A stretch of 64,000 nt of DNA, from assembly GCA_965644295.1 (NCBI GenBank), contig CBFFRP010000352.1, positions 363,310-427,309 on the forward strand, read 5' to 3'. The notes under the pieces were generated by a model that was not told where the DNA came from, did not search any database, and saw only the letters and a list, made by a program, of their open reading frames with translations. This DNA is from Paraphysomonas bandaiensis (Eukaryota; Protista; Chrysophyceae). The position numbers and the translations under genes were made by a program. Below are positions 1-12,548 of this stretch, in pieces; the first letter of the stretch is position 1; each line of letters starts with the position of its first letter.

Positions 1-3000
1 CTATCTGATGGTTCCCATACCTCTTCACACTCATCAGTTATATATAACCGCAGGTCAGTTACAATGGATCCAGCACAGAGTTCCCATGGGTCAGGCAATG
101 AGCGACCACAGTACAATACCTACGACCATAATAGGGTCAGCTATATAGAGGTTCACACTAGTTGTATCACACCTCCATCGACTTCGGTTTGTGTCCAGGG
201 CTCACCAGCAATAGAAGTTGTGTTTTCGGAGGAGTGGACTGGCTAATTTCAACTCCGTCCTCTCCAACCCATTCCAAGTATAACTCCTGGATTACTTCCA
301 TTGCTGAGCAAGAAATCTCCTCCTCGACATCAACACGAACATGTGATAGAGTTGCCACTCCATGGACAGCAGAAACGGGGAAATCATGATCAGCATGAAG
401 AGGCCCTTCGGTCAGTCTCACTATCCATCGTGAGTCTCCCATGGGTCCAGTCCGATTGCCATTACTGTCAAAACACACTACAGATAATGGCGACAGTGTA
501 TCACCATTTCGAACAGAGAGTACTCTATCTTCCAAGTCCGTGACAGCTATGCGCTTCGGAAATCCTGGCACGAAACACATTTTGAAAGTTTCAGACACCA
601 ATACATCGTTTTGTGAAAAGTCAGCAGTAACCTCCACCTCTTTCTTTGACACTTGATCACGTGAAATAAATGGTTCATTATCTGTGGTCTCTACGAGCCA
701 CTTATTCACCTCAAATTCAAGAGCAGTCTCATTCGATTTTAACTACAGTGCAGACATAAGATGAGTAACCTATGCAAATAAAAAGAGCTGCATACATGAA
801 ATGTGTGATCGTAATTGTCTCCACAGGATATGCTTAGGTTTTCAGCGCGAAGCCGAAGAGAAAAATCACCAGTTATACTTGTAGCATTATCTTGAGAGTC
901 AAAAAACTCTACGGTAAACCCAGGAAGGTATGAGTCGAGTTGTACTGCTGGAAAATGAGTGTCACTAATCTTTATTTTGTTTACGACGCCCGCAGACACC
1001 TGCATACGCATCTTCGTTGGCACACAAGCTACGTATACGAAATAGCTCACCTGCGCACTAAATTCCTCGAAGTGTACTATCTCATTATCATCAAGGACTT
1101 CAACAACCATTGTGTGTTTACCTGCCTTGTTCAGGCAGATATCATGAAACACATAGTATTGGGCCTGAGTACAAATAGGAACACTTACTAAACAAGCGAC
1201 TACTGGGCGTAATCAAAGCATCACAAACCTACCTTCCCATGCCCTGATGATATGAATTTAATACTGCCATCGCGATGTTCAGACTTCTCACTGCAGTTTC
1301 TGCAGATACCGTGATCCGTGTTTAAGCTTTTCGTTATCAGTCGAACAGAATATTTGCGGTTGGCAGCCTCGGGCCTCCCAGGGTATTCAGTGATGATATT
1401 GTTTTTGGCATTTCGTATAGAGACAGCTATGTAATCCACTTTCATGCCGACGTTGAATGAAATATTTTTATGAATACGCTCGCACTTCGTCTGGCGATAA
1501 ACTTCCACAGCTACTTTACTCGGTTGATATTCTTTAACCAAATCTTCAAGGTCTTTGACGGATATCTATATTTCATACAACAGTAAGTACACGATAGGGC
1601 TATTCTATAGCATCGGAAGAACACATACAAACGAACCCACCCATTCGACTCCTGAAAAATCAATATGTATAAGTGAAACGACCAATTCGTTAGCATTGGA
1701 TTTGCCATACAACTCCTCGGGGAGTTGTGAAAACAGTAAATACCCGCGACCAAAGCCCTCGTCCTGTTCAAAATAATATAAAATGAAAGCATATCTTCAA
1801 ATTATACTGTATATAAGTTCAGTTTAAATACTAAATATTACCCGCGTATCATGAGTCGTTGGCGAGCTCACAATGAACCCCTCTACCCTTGCATATACCG
1901 TTACAGCTTTTCCTTTTTTGTCGTTCTTCCTCAAACTGAGTTTCAATACATCCCCTCCTTTAACCGCGACCGCTCCAGACCCTATATACATGTCATATAT
2001 GCATTGGATATAGGATTCGCGTGTGATATCGCACCGTAACCATACTGGACCGAATTGTATACAGCTATATCATTCACTTCAGTTTCGGATGCAGTTTTAC
2101 GGAAAAACAATCTGCGTGATTTAAGAGCTTCCATCGCCTTTTTTATTCTCTTACTGTCACGCACTCGGTCCGTATACACAAACTCTTGATCATATTTTTT
2201 GTGGCACACCTTTAGCCATGACTTGAACCTATCTTTAGCATTTTTGGGCGATGACGTGATATCCTTCGAAATTTGTCGATCATTTATCCACCTGTCTAAA
2301 TCTGGGTCTACTTGAATCTTTAGCTTATTATTGGCGATATTGACAAAGTTCGAATCAAAAAATAAAAAACCCTTCAGTCGATTAATCCAGTTATGTGAGA
2401 TATCCATAGATTCACATTTGTAAATTGTCTTAGCGCCCGGGAAGAAGCTTAGCTTCGAGACTACAGTCTCAGGCACAAGTCGATTTTGCCAGTACACCCG
2501 GAAGACTGGCTCAGGAGTTACGTCTTCAGTAAGATCAATGATATCAAACTGCTCATCCGTACTCTGCCCCCCCAACAAAATATTGGTCGGGGGAAGTGTC
2601 TCTTCCCCACGCTGGCAAGGAAAGTACAATAACACTCCCTTTATTTCGACTCTTTGAGCGGTGCTGCCAGTGTGGGCTTGTGACTTCACGCACAATAATT
2701 AGCACTTAATATATTGAAATATACATCAATTCATATACCCATGCTACCATAAAACACCTACCCATATTGAATTTTCTATATTATTTGCCCTTCTGCTCCT
2801 TGAGTCCTTAACTGGATTAGGGTCAGGTACACTCAATGAAAACCGAAAGAAATCGGAAGCTTTTTCAAAGTATCTATACATAGTAGATAAGATAGTTACG
2901 ACTCGCAGCAACATCGAGATAGATACCTCGAATTAACATCGTTTACTTCATTCAGTTTGATATGAATAACTTCTTGTCCGCCGACAAAAACAAATAACGA

Positions 3001-4063
3001 AATGCACAGGGGCGTGGAAGGGCAGTTTGATATCTCCCTGCTCGAATACAAAATATTAATACACGCGCATAATAAAAATGAAAAATATCCACTTGTATAT
3101 GGAGAGGAATCACTAAACAATGGAACACTTACGGTCTACTATTCTGAGCATCATATAGATGCTCTGGGTGCAGATGAAAGTGATAGATGTCTGCTAACTG
3201 CATTCCTAAATCGCGATACTTGCCGTCTTTCTGAAGCCTTTTCACGGTCCTGTGATATAAAACTTATACTAAAGCCACTAAATATATATATCATATCAAA
3301 GGCGCTTACGTTGATGTAAGTCGAATAGCAATAATTGTGAAGCTGCTATCTGACTCCTCGTAGTTCCTTCTGCACTCTTGTAAGCATCTAGGATATCCTT
3401 TATTTTCCGTAGTCATATCCCACTGAGGACTGCTATCACTTCGGGATCTCTGTAGCAGATCACTCTCATACACCTAAAGTGCAATTACGACAAGAGAAAG
3501 CACGCCGGGACGAGATCACTGAACCCCGAGATATATGCGAAACACACCTCTTCATTTCTTTGAAACCTCTCATGCAGCTCGTTCTCATCTAAAACAAGCT
3601 CCAAGATTTCGGAACACGTATCACTTCTGGTAGTTACATGCAATCTATCGCCTAAAAAGAATCCAGCTTGCTTTGCTCCAACACCAAACCTCGATATGTT
3701 GCAGCTACTGGAATCCGTGTTTCCCAATCCTGTAGACTCTATATCTGCGGAATAAGTGGCAAATTTCTCTATTTCCTCCACAGTCATCCCTTTTCCATTG
3801 TCGACAATCATGATGTAACTGGGAAAGTTCTTATAGAATTCAAGGCTCATATAAATTTCAATGTTACGAGATGTCGGATGCGACTTAGTGGCTTGAATCG
3901 AGTTATCGATAAACTCAGCCAAACCATCTGCCACCCCTGAGACATGTGCTTAATACTTAAGACACTCAACATCACATCACTTACTTGAGAAATGAGATCT
4001 TCCAGATGATGTGAGTGTAGTGTAGTGCGGTGTGTGTTTGATCCCTATATGCTCTACTGGCAT
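1..4063 (-). CDS. SMCHD1: SMCHD1-like GHKL-ATPase chromatin protein, multi-exon, runs off the left edge of the window
   Basis: Exons encode PHYTTLTSSG, LAEFIDNSIQAT, IVDNGKGM and ISRFGVGAKQAGFFLG (GHKL motifs), then GVLLYFP..ETLP, VFRVYWQNRLVP, NRLKGFLFFD..ANNKL and WLKVCHKKYD, collinear with the SMCHD1 N-terminal region as I recall it. Start codon uncertain. Confidence 0.85.
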
Positions 4064-4324
4064 CGATGTTGTTGTTTCCTGCAGTACTAGATATACCCGT
4101 ACAAATAAACAACTATAGTACCCCTTGAGCTAAATGATATGAACGCTTCTCAATTCAAGTGTATGGAATACATATGCGGGGTGTGTGCATGTCAGCTTGG
4201 CTCGGCACTCAGTGAAGTAAAGTGTACAAACTGAAAACTCTCCTCTGCAGTGGACACGGAGGATATGTGCCAATTTCTGGAACACAGCGGACTACTGTAC
4301 AATACCGGTATACGGCACACTGTA

Positions 4325-4334
4325 TACTGCTGTA
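4325..4334. promoter_or_regulatory. TACAGCAGTA motif (reverse orientation) in the SMCHD1/NHE divergent promoter
   Basis: The same 10-mer recurs exactly at 39528, 39563, 43693 and 61321, all upstream of gene starts. Confidence 0.4.
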
Positions 4335-4528
4335 CCAAAATAAAATAGTGTTGTATTAAAAACTACGGAAGGAAATACGGGATATACCGTATACTGTATG
4401 TATACAGTGATGGGACACTGCAACATCCACGAGCAGTGTGTGTGTACAGCACCTTGTGAACACTCAATGGCTTCAAGGAATAACTTTGAGGTGGTAGTGA
4501 TGGACAATCAATAAGATTCCTCATAGAT

Positions 4529-6502
4529 ATGGAAGGAAGACTCCTCAATGAGCAGTCAGAGATTGCGCATGAGTTTGGCGCCCTCAACACATTGCTCTTG
4601 GTCGTTGTTCTTGGACTATGCATACTTAGTGCCTATCTTATTAAGCAGCACAACTTCTACTATCTTCCCGAGTCTGCGGCCGCTATTCTTGTTGGGATAG
4701 TTGTTGGAGGTAGTGATCCTACTGTTTGTACTGAGTTCACTAATGTTTCCGCAGGGTTAGCACGTATAGTTTATCCGAGTGAGGAAGAATTAGAATTTCT
4801 TACATTTGAACCGGAATTGTTTTTTTTCTTGCTCCTTCCTCCTATTATATTTGAGGCCGGGTATACGCTGAAGAAAAAGGAGTTTTTTGCTAATTTTTGG
4901 ACTATTGCACTCTTTGCTGTTGCAGGGACAATAGTGTCGACTGTAATCATTGGATTTCTTGTTTATCTTATGGGTTTAATAGGTGTAGCCTCTGTTGATA
5001 CATCCAATCCTATGGAGGCGATGCTCTTCGGTGCACTTATATCAGCTGTTGATCCTGTTGCTACGCTATCCATTATGGGGAACCCGAAGCTAAATTGTGA
5101 CCCTTTGTTGTACAACCTTGTGTTTGGCGAAAGTGTCCTCAACGATGCTGTTGCGATTGTTTTGTTTAATACCTTTATTGATTTTTACCAATCCGGGAAC
5201 GATTTCTCAGGATCCACTATTCCATCTGTTTTGCTACGATTTACAGTAATATCTCTTGGTTCTGTCTTTGTAGGAATCGTGATAGGACTTGTATGCTCGT
5301 ACTTGTGTAAACATACCCAGATGCGTCGGTATCCGGAGTACGAGATATCCATGATTTTTCTCTTTGCGTATGGTAGCTACGCTTTCTCTGAAGCGTTGAA
5401 GCTGTCTGGAATTATGAGTCTCTTTTTTTGTGGTGTAGTTCTCTCGCACTACAATAGCCACAACCTTTCAGCTACCTCCCAAGTAACGGCACACAATATA
5501 TTTAAATGCATGGCTGGCATGTCTGAATTTTTTGTTTATTTGTACATGGGCATGGGTTTTTTTACGGGACGCTTTAGAAACTGGAACTTTGTGTTTATCA
5601 TCCTTTGTATCATTTTTTGTCTTCTCTCCCGAGTGTGCAACAGCTTTCCATTTTCATATCTTGCCAACATCTGGCGTGCTCAAAAAATACCTTTTGAAAT
5701 GAAATGTGCCATATGGTTTGCTGGACTTCGGGGCGCGATTGCCTTTGCACTGTCTCAAAATATGCCAGGACATAACACTGACTTGTATGTCTCGACCACT
5801 TTGTCTATTGTCATATTCACAACTGTAGTTTGTGGAGGGCTGACGGAGCCTATGTTATCGAAGTTTGGGATGCGCGGACAGCCCCTTCTCGGTACGGACA
5901 GTGAATCTAGATATCAGGTGCGCATTCTATATGTACGACTTATTGCTGTTACTATGTGGGAGTTGTTGTATATGTTATTACTTTTGTGGTCATGACCTTA
6001 TCTGCTTTGTGTAACAGCTTAGTGCACCGTTGGATTCACCTCTGGCTGATGATGAGGAAATAGAGCGTTCGGCAACTGGCGCGCGAAACTTTTGGTCGAA
6101 GTTTGATGCTACCTATATGCAACCTTTCTTTGGGGGTGACGAGGTAGGAAGACTTATTGTACGTACCGCTATATATTCCTTTGGTTTTATGCGTATTTCT
6201 ATGCAAAGATGGCAGAAAGTGAACTCGACATCAGCGTAAACTCCCAGCAAAGCCGCCGGCGATCCGATGAAGAGTGGTCCCTCCAGCAGCAGGAAGAGGG
6301 TGGAAGTATTGTAGGATGGGATACTCGCCTTCCATCAGTTCTGAGTAGTAGCTCGAGGGATAGCGCATCATCAGCAACACCTCCTCACCTTTCACAGCAT
6401 GGGGTTACAGGAGAAGAACCTATTGCAGTTGGTAGATGTTCAGTGCCTAGAGGATTAGCGAAATACATTCCACCAGGGAGTGCTGCCGATGTGCAATTGT
6501 AG
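4529..6502 (+). CDS. Na+/H+ exchanger, CPA1 family (NHE8/SLC9A8-like)
   Basis: Motifs FFFLLLPPIIFEAGY, FGALISAVDPVATL, LVFGESVLNDAVAIVL and WFAGLRGAIAFAL. Likely introns 4710-4754 (in frame), 5918-6017 and 6144-6208. Confidence 0.93.
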
Positions 6503-6921
6503 AACCATGTTGTTGGTGACATCTTAGGAAGCTGTCTTTTAGTTGGTGATAATAGACTCGAAAAAGTGGACCATGAATAGAGTAGAATGGTAAAAGCAGT
6601 CGGAAATATCTCCCAATATTATTTTCGAGTTGCTTATGTTAATCACTATCTAATGTTTTAAACACACACACAATGACGGTTTCATGAAGTGTTACGAAAT
6701 AAGATGAGATAAACTGAAATGTAGTGATTGTATAGTGTATAGCACATAATAAAAAGATCGTTCCCCAAACGTTTTTAGTTTTGGAGAAAGAATTTATCAT
6801 GCACTCGTGCACGAACGCGTTTTACCCGACAATTAGGGCTTAACCGGAATTTCAGCTTTCTAATACGAAATGTGTTCAGCGCTACTTACTTACACAAGCT
6901 ATGATTTTGAATAATATTAAA

Positions 6922-8033
6922 CAGGTCTGTGTATCAATTAATTGTCAATTAATTGACGCAGGTTGTAGTCAATTATAATTGCATTTATTACTTGCTGTCT
7001 CAATTTCAATTATTGCAATTAACTGCAATTATATATATAAGTACTAAAATACACTAGTTGCCAATATAGCTACCTCAACTGCCATTTCATTCCTGAGGCG
7101 ACGGTTCATGCGTCAAAATGTCGAGGAGTCAATCTCTTGCGCAAACCCGTCATAACAATCTTAGCTCTACTGAACAACCTTTCAACCTTATTAGTTGTGG
7201 CATGCAAGTGCTTCATGCTGCGGTAACGAGTTTGCTGATTAAGAAGTGCTCGCTTCCGCTGCCTGCTACCATCAATCATTCGGAACTAGACTCGCACAGT
7301 CAAATCTTATTCATCCTAACCGAGAAAAAATATTTTAATTTAATCTTTTTCCGTCCGAGTTACAGCTTCGTTGCCACATAGAATCCTCAAGACTGCTTTT
7401 TTGAAAGCAGCGTAATGAATAATAGCAGCATTGTCAAATCGGGTGCCTTATGATGAGTTCGTCTAACAATGTACAAACGTCATGGAGTTAGGTCAAGCTT
7501 GTGATCACCTTACTTCTGTAATTGCAAGGGCACTAGTTAAAGCAATTCCAATTCATCCCGTAATTGCACGAGCTTGACATGCTCACTTAGTATTAGACTT
7601 AACACGTCGGAACCAAGCTCACATCATCGCAAATGATTAGATAGAAGCAAGTAGCGGCCTATCATGGAAAATGTGGAGCTCCGTTTTCTACAGGACAAGT
7701 CTCTACAGCAAGCTCTTCGTTAATATCATTTATTTTCTCAAAAAATACTCATGCAATGACTTCTGGTGCTAATTTATCGCTCATATAGCTAATTAATTAG
7801 ATGAATTACTATGTGATATGTGAGATAATGCTATGGATATTATAGCTTTCACCAATCATCGATTTTTTCAATAAAAATGCCGTTTTTTAACAACTTTTTA
7901 CATAAAAAGATGGTATTTTTTGATCAAAAAATAGAAGCAAGCAGGAGTCAATTATAATTGCAATTACGATTTGATGTCCCAATTTCCATTATTGCAATTT
8001 CAATAATTGACAGTTAATTGATACGCAGCCCTG
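6922..8033 (-). mobile_element. Decayed hAT DNA transposon with TIRs, perfect 8-bp TSD and transposase relics
   Basis: 28-bp TIR CAGG(T/G)CTG(T/C)GTATCAATTAA(T/C)TGTCAAT at both ends. TSD ATATTAAA at 6914-6921 and 8034-8041. Minus strand ~7110-7250 reads HATTNKVERLFSRAKIVMTGLRKRL, a hAT C-terminal dimerisation motif. Confidence 0.9.
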
Positions 8034-8194
8034 ATATTAAATGTGCCAAAATGTAATTTCCGACAAAGAATTATTAGTTAGCAGATATTATGTCAGCTAC
8101 ATCCTATGGGAAAGCACTAGTACCTAGTTACTAATCCAGTGCAGACACGCAGCCACAATTTGGATTCGAAAGCAAATTTCCCAGCACGCACAGT

Positions 8195-9123
8195 TTAGCA
8201 GTATAATCCTGTATAGGTGTGAAAATCATACTCAGACCCCATCTCCCAAGGTGTCCCGGTATTAGTGGCGCCGTACGAAGCCATCTTGTTATTAAAAGGA
8301 AGTTTGAGAGGCTCAACGGATCCGATATTCGAGGCTAAGAACTTGGCATTCGCAGGTAAGGCTTGGAAGGAAGACAAAAAGAACGACAGTCTTGGAAAAT
8401 TCGCCAAAGGTAGAGCGCTGTTTGTAAATGTAGCCAAAGAGGTGTATTGTAACAGCATTTCATATAGGTGGAAGTCAGGTGCCGTAGCTTTGTCCCCTAC
8501 AAGGAAAGTTCCGCTGAATCCACGTTCCGTAACAGCACGTTCCAACCAAAGCTCGAGCTTTTGAAGAACACCATTCTTTCCAGTGACGTTGTCAAGGACA
8601 GCCTGAGCTGCACTAATCTCAAGGGGACCGTTGCAATAAGCAAATTTAACCATTGTATTCCTCAGATCCATAATCTGAATACAGATATCACACAAAAAGT
8701 ACTACATGAGAGGAACATCAATCCAACCTCACACAACAACTGCTCGCACTCAATGGCTTCATCCTCAGTCGATCCCCACATGTCCAGCTTACGGCCAAGA
8801 TAAGAGAAGCATGCATTTGTCTGAGAAATCAACCTATTTCCGTCAATGATGTACGGCAAGTTGATGAGAGGATTCTGCTTTTTCAATTCCTTTTTGGCAG
8901 TAAACCATTCGCTACAATCATATTTACCATCTTCAACTTTGACTGAAAAATATATTATAAGGGTGTCATGTGTCTTATTAAACTGCAGTCACGCACCGTC
9001 GTACATAACATTGTTCAGTGGTCTCCCAGAATACATCACCATCATTCGCAGTGGGGATGCAAGGCCACGGATACTCCAGTATCCCACTGTGATAGGTTCA
9101 CCTTGTGAAGATTGCTCGGACAT
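8195..9123 (-). CDS. Glutathione S-transferase (mu-class-like), 3 exons
   Basis: GYWSIRGLASPLRMM, NLPYIIDG..ISQTNA, FLVGDKATAPDFHLYEML and LPFNNKMA. Confidence 0.9.
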
Positions 9124-9566
9124 CTTGATGAAATATTAAACCCTGATGATAACTATGTGCACAGTGCCATTCATATGCATATGCTCTGAGATACATGCAC
9201 CATACCACCATTCCACATTCCACAAACAGAAATCTAGAAATCTAACAAATATCCAGATATACAACGCACTGTGCAGTATATTCGAACCACAAATCTAAAA
9301 TTTGCCGTTTTTTAATGAATGTGTTAAGTTTCAGACAAAAAATAGTATCCAAGATCCTTTTTTTTGTGTGTTGGTGACGGGAACCAATCAAGTCATCGCC
9401 ATCACATCAGTGCACTCGTTTTTGAATGGAGCACACACCAAGTGCGTTTGATATGCATGTATTGATGTATTGGGATATATTTATACCAGTCGTTCAGTGC
9501 ACTGTGCATACAGGCGTCTAGATAGAATAATCGCCGTAACTAAGGGGTTATATTGTTGGTTTCATA

Positions 9567-11711
9567 ATGGAATTTGTAAATGGTTGTTTGCTCCCTGGAA
9601 ATCTTCGCGAGAGTCTCTCTGACTCCCATAAAGAGATCCTGGCGAAGGTCGAGAACATGGACGATCCAATGAAACGCTGGGCATTGCTGTCAAAGTCTAT
9701 TCTCTCGCCATCCTATGCATGGGATATCCACCGAACACTCTATCAAAACAATTACAAGGACTCAGAGGTAGCCCCGGCGTGGTTTCCTGATGATATTGAT
9801 ACCACTCAAACAGTTGTTGGCAAACTCATGAAAGAGAAAGGGTTCACAAGGTATCAGGACTTTTACAATTGGTCCATTAGCTCTCCGGAAGAATTCTGGG
9901 ATACATGTATTAAAGAAACTAAGGCTGTATTTGATGTGCCGTATACAAGCGTGTTCGACTCCTCACATCCTGAGCACGGTGTAAAGAGTGTAAATTACCT
10001 TCCTGGATCTAAACTAAATATCGCTGCATCCTGTTTTAACCGACGGGCTCCAGAAGAGCCTGCTATAATATATGCCTCTGAAACTGATACTACTGTCCGC
10101 CAGATGTCTTTCGCTGAGCTGGAAGCACTTTCCAACAAAGTTGCAAACTCGCTAACTCGTTCAAAGGCCGAAGGCGGCATGGGATTAGAGCGAGGTGATG
10201 CCGTCGGTATCTGCATGTCTATGTCCACCGAAGCTGTCGCGATATACCTAGGCATAATCAAGGCTGGCTTGGCGGTCGTTTCTATCGCAGACTCTTTCTC
10301 TGCGAAAGAAATCGAAATGCGCATGCGCCTAGCCCGAGCCAAGGCAATATTCACTCAAGATGTAGTATATCGTCACAATAAAGTCCTTCCCCTCTTTGGC
10401 AGGGTACTGCAAGCTGCCAACTTATTTGCGGATGCTGGAATTCCTGCTCCGCAAAGCGTAATTTTACCCGGTAATGATATATCTATTCACCAATCAGTAC
10501 TGGATATCATGAGAGCGAATATGGATTTTTCGTGGAAAGATTTCCTCGAAGGTTCTTCAGAGTGCTTTGAGAATGTTAGTTGTTCACCAGATGAGATTTG
10601 CAATATTCTCTTTTCTTCTGGTACCACTGGAGAACCTAAGGCGATCCCTTGGACACATGCGACACCTCTAAAATGTGCCATTGATGGTATGCTTCACCAA
10701 GACATCCAGCAGGGTGATGTCGTCGCATGGCCAACAAATCTTGGATGGATGATGGGCCCCTGGTTGCTATTTCAGATGATCAATGGGGCTACTATAGCGT
10801 TATTTGGGGGTGTTACTTCTACTCAATTGTTCTGTAAGTTTGTTGAAGAGGCCAACGTAAGTATGCTCGGAGTTGTCCCCAGCCTTGTGAAGGCATGGGA
10901 GGCGGGTGACTGCGCAGCTGGATGCGACTGGAGTTGTGTCAAGAAGTTTTCCTCCTCGGGAGAGGCTTCTGACCCTCTTTCCATGTTGTGGCTCATGTCG
11001 CGAGCTGGATACAAGCCCGTAATCGAGTACTGTGGTGGAACAGAGGTAGCAGGTTCCTACATGTCATCCACCATGGTACAACCCAACGTGCCAAGCATGT
11101 TCTCCACACCTGTGCTGGGCTCTAATTTTATTATCATCGACCACAACGGCCAGGAAACTATGCAGGGAGAGATCGCGTTGGTTCCACCAGCCATGGGGCT
11201 TTCCACTCGCCTTCTCAACCGTGACCACCATGACTGCTATTACAGTGGTATGCCTGTGCGTGATGATGGCAGGGTGCTCCGAAGGCATGGGGATGAGATC
11301 CAGGCAATAGTATGGGGTGAAGAGCCTGAAACTCACAAGTATTTTAGAGCATTGGGTAGGTGCGATGACACAATGAATATTGGTGGAATCAAGGTGTCTT
11401 CTGTGGAGATTGAGCGGGTTTGTAACGATGCTGAGGAGGTCACGGAGACTGCTGCCATCGGCGTGAGTCCACCTACTGGGGGCCCCTCGAGACTTATTAT
11501 TTTTGTTATCCTTCAGGAAAACAAAGGCGGTGAGGCTGTGAGCCTTCCTGCTCTCAAAACAAAGCTACAGAACGCGATTAAAGTTAACCTCAACCCTTTG
11601 TTTCACATTGGTGATATTGTTATCAAAGATAAACTCCCCCGCACGGCTTCCAACAAAGTCATGCGTCGTATTTTGAGAGATGAATACGTTGCTGAATCCG
11701 CCCGTGCGTAG
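9567..11711 (+). CDS. AMP-dependent acyl-CoA/acetyl-CoA synthetase (plant AAE17/18-like)
   Basis: Intronless 714 aa with FSSGTTGEPK, EYCGGTE, GRCDDTMNIGGIKV and LPRTASNKVMRR. Confidence 0.92.
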   Translation: MEFVNGCLLPGNLRESLSDSHKEILAKVENMDDPMKRWALLSKSILSPSYAWDIHRTLYQNNYKDSEVAPAWFPDDIDTTQTVVGKLMKEKGFTRYQDFYNWSISSPEEFWDTCIKETKAVFDVPYTSVFDSSHPEHGVKSVNYLPGSKLNIAASCFNRRAPEEPAIIYASETDTTVRQMSFAELEALSNKVANSLTRSKAEGGMGLERGDAVGICMSMSTEAVAIYLGIIKAGLAVVSIADSFSAKEIEMRMRLARAKAIFTQDVVYRHNKVLPLFGRVLQAANLFADAGIPAPQSVILPGNDISIHQSVLDIMRANMDFSWKDFLEGSSECFENVSCSPDEICNILFSSGTTGEPKAIPWTHATPLKCAIDGMLHQDIQQGDVVAWPTNLGWMMGPWLLFQMINGATIALFGGVTSTQLFCKFVEEANVSMLGVVPSLVKAWEAGDCAAGCDWSCVKKFSSSGEASDPLSMLWLMSRAGYKPVIEYCGGTEVAGSYMSSTMVQPNVPSMFSTPVLGSNFIIIDHNGQETMQGEIALVPPAMGLSTRLLNRDHHDCYYSGMPVRDDGRVLRRHGDEIQAIVWGEEPETHKYFRALGRCDDTMNIGGIKVSSVEIERVCNDAEEVTETAAIGVSPPTGGPSRLIIFVILQENKGGEAVSLPALKTKLQNAIKVNLNPLFHIGDIVIKDKLPRTASNKVMRRILRDEYVAESARA

Positions 11712-12548
11712 AGTGTCTTGCACAATGAGTTCAGTTTACTATTGTTAAATTGGTTGGATTCGTTTGAGTGTGTGTTGGTTTAACGGTAGCTTAATATTCG
11801 TAATAACTCTGTCCAAGAGCCATTTCTGCATCTACACGATGTTCATTGTTCTGTGCATAAGCTAAACTCCATACTCGTGCGTCCATTGTCAGGTAGATGA
11901 AAACTGTAATGACAATTGGAGAGCATTGTTGCTGTTGAGTTCTGCAGTATGATGCAGCGAGTTAATAGTGTGGAATAGGTGAAGTCAACTCATAGGTGTA
12001 ACGGGTGATTATAGTTACAAAGGAATTGAATTCTGTTGCTAATGTGTGACTATATAATATAAGATATAGGAGTGACTGGTGAACATATGATAAATAGATG
12101 TTGCTGAGAACAGATTTTACCAGATGTTACACGAATATGTAGTGAAGTGTTCAGATTAATAGTCATAATTTTCTTACTTGAAAGTGCATTGTGTTAAACA
12201 AAGCAAGATTAAGGATTACGGCGTGTAGAGCAAAGTTAACTTCAGTGAAATGTCATTTTTCTAACAGTTGCTATGAGGGCAGATGATTAAATCGTGTATC
12301 CTCCTTACTCCTTACAGGCGTGCGTAACAATTGCTTTCAATAAAGATGCCAATTTGCACGCAGATGATAACAAACGACGGCGATCCTTCCAGTTGGATAT
12401 TGTTCTTAATGCTTATTGTCGATCTCGCAGAGCCATACACATCACAATCCTTACTTGTGTTAAAGAGAATGTTTGTTGTTAGGTAGGTGAAGAGAAAGTC
12501 TCAAAAATACAAATATTCACGAACGATTAATAGCTATATACGCAAACT

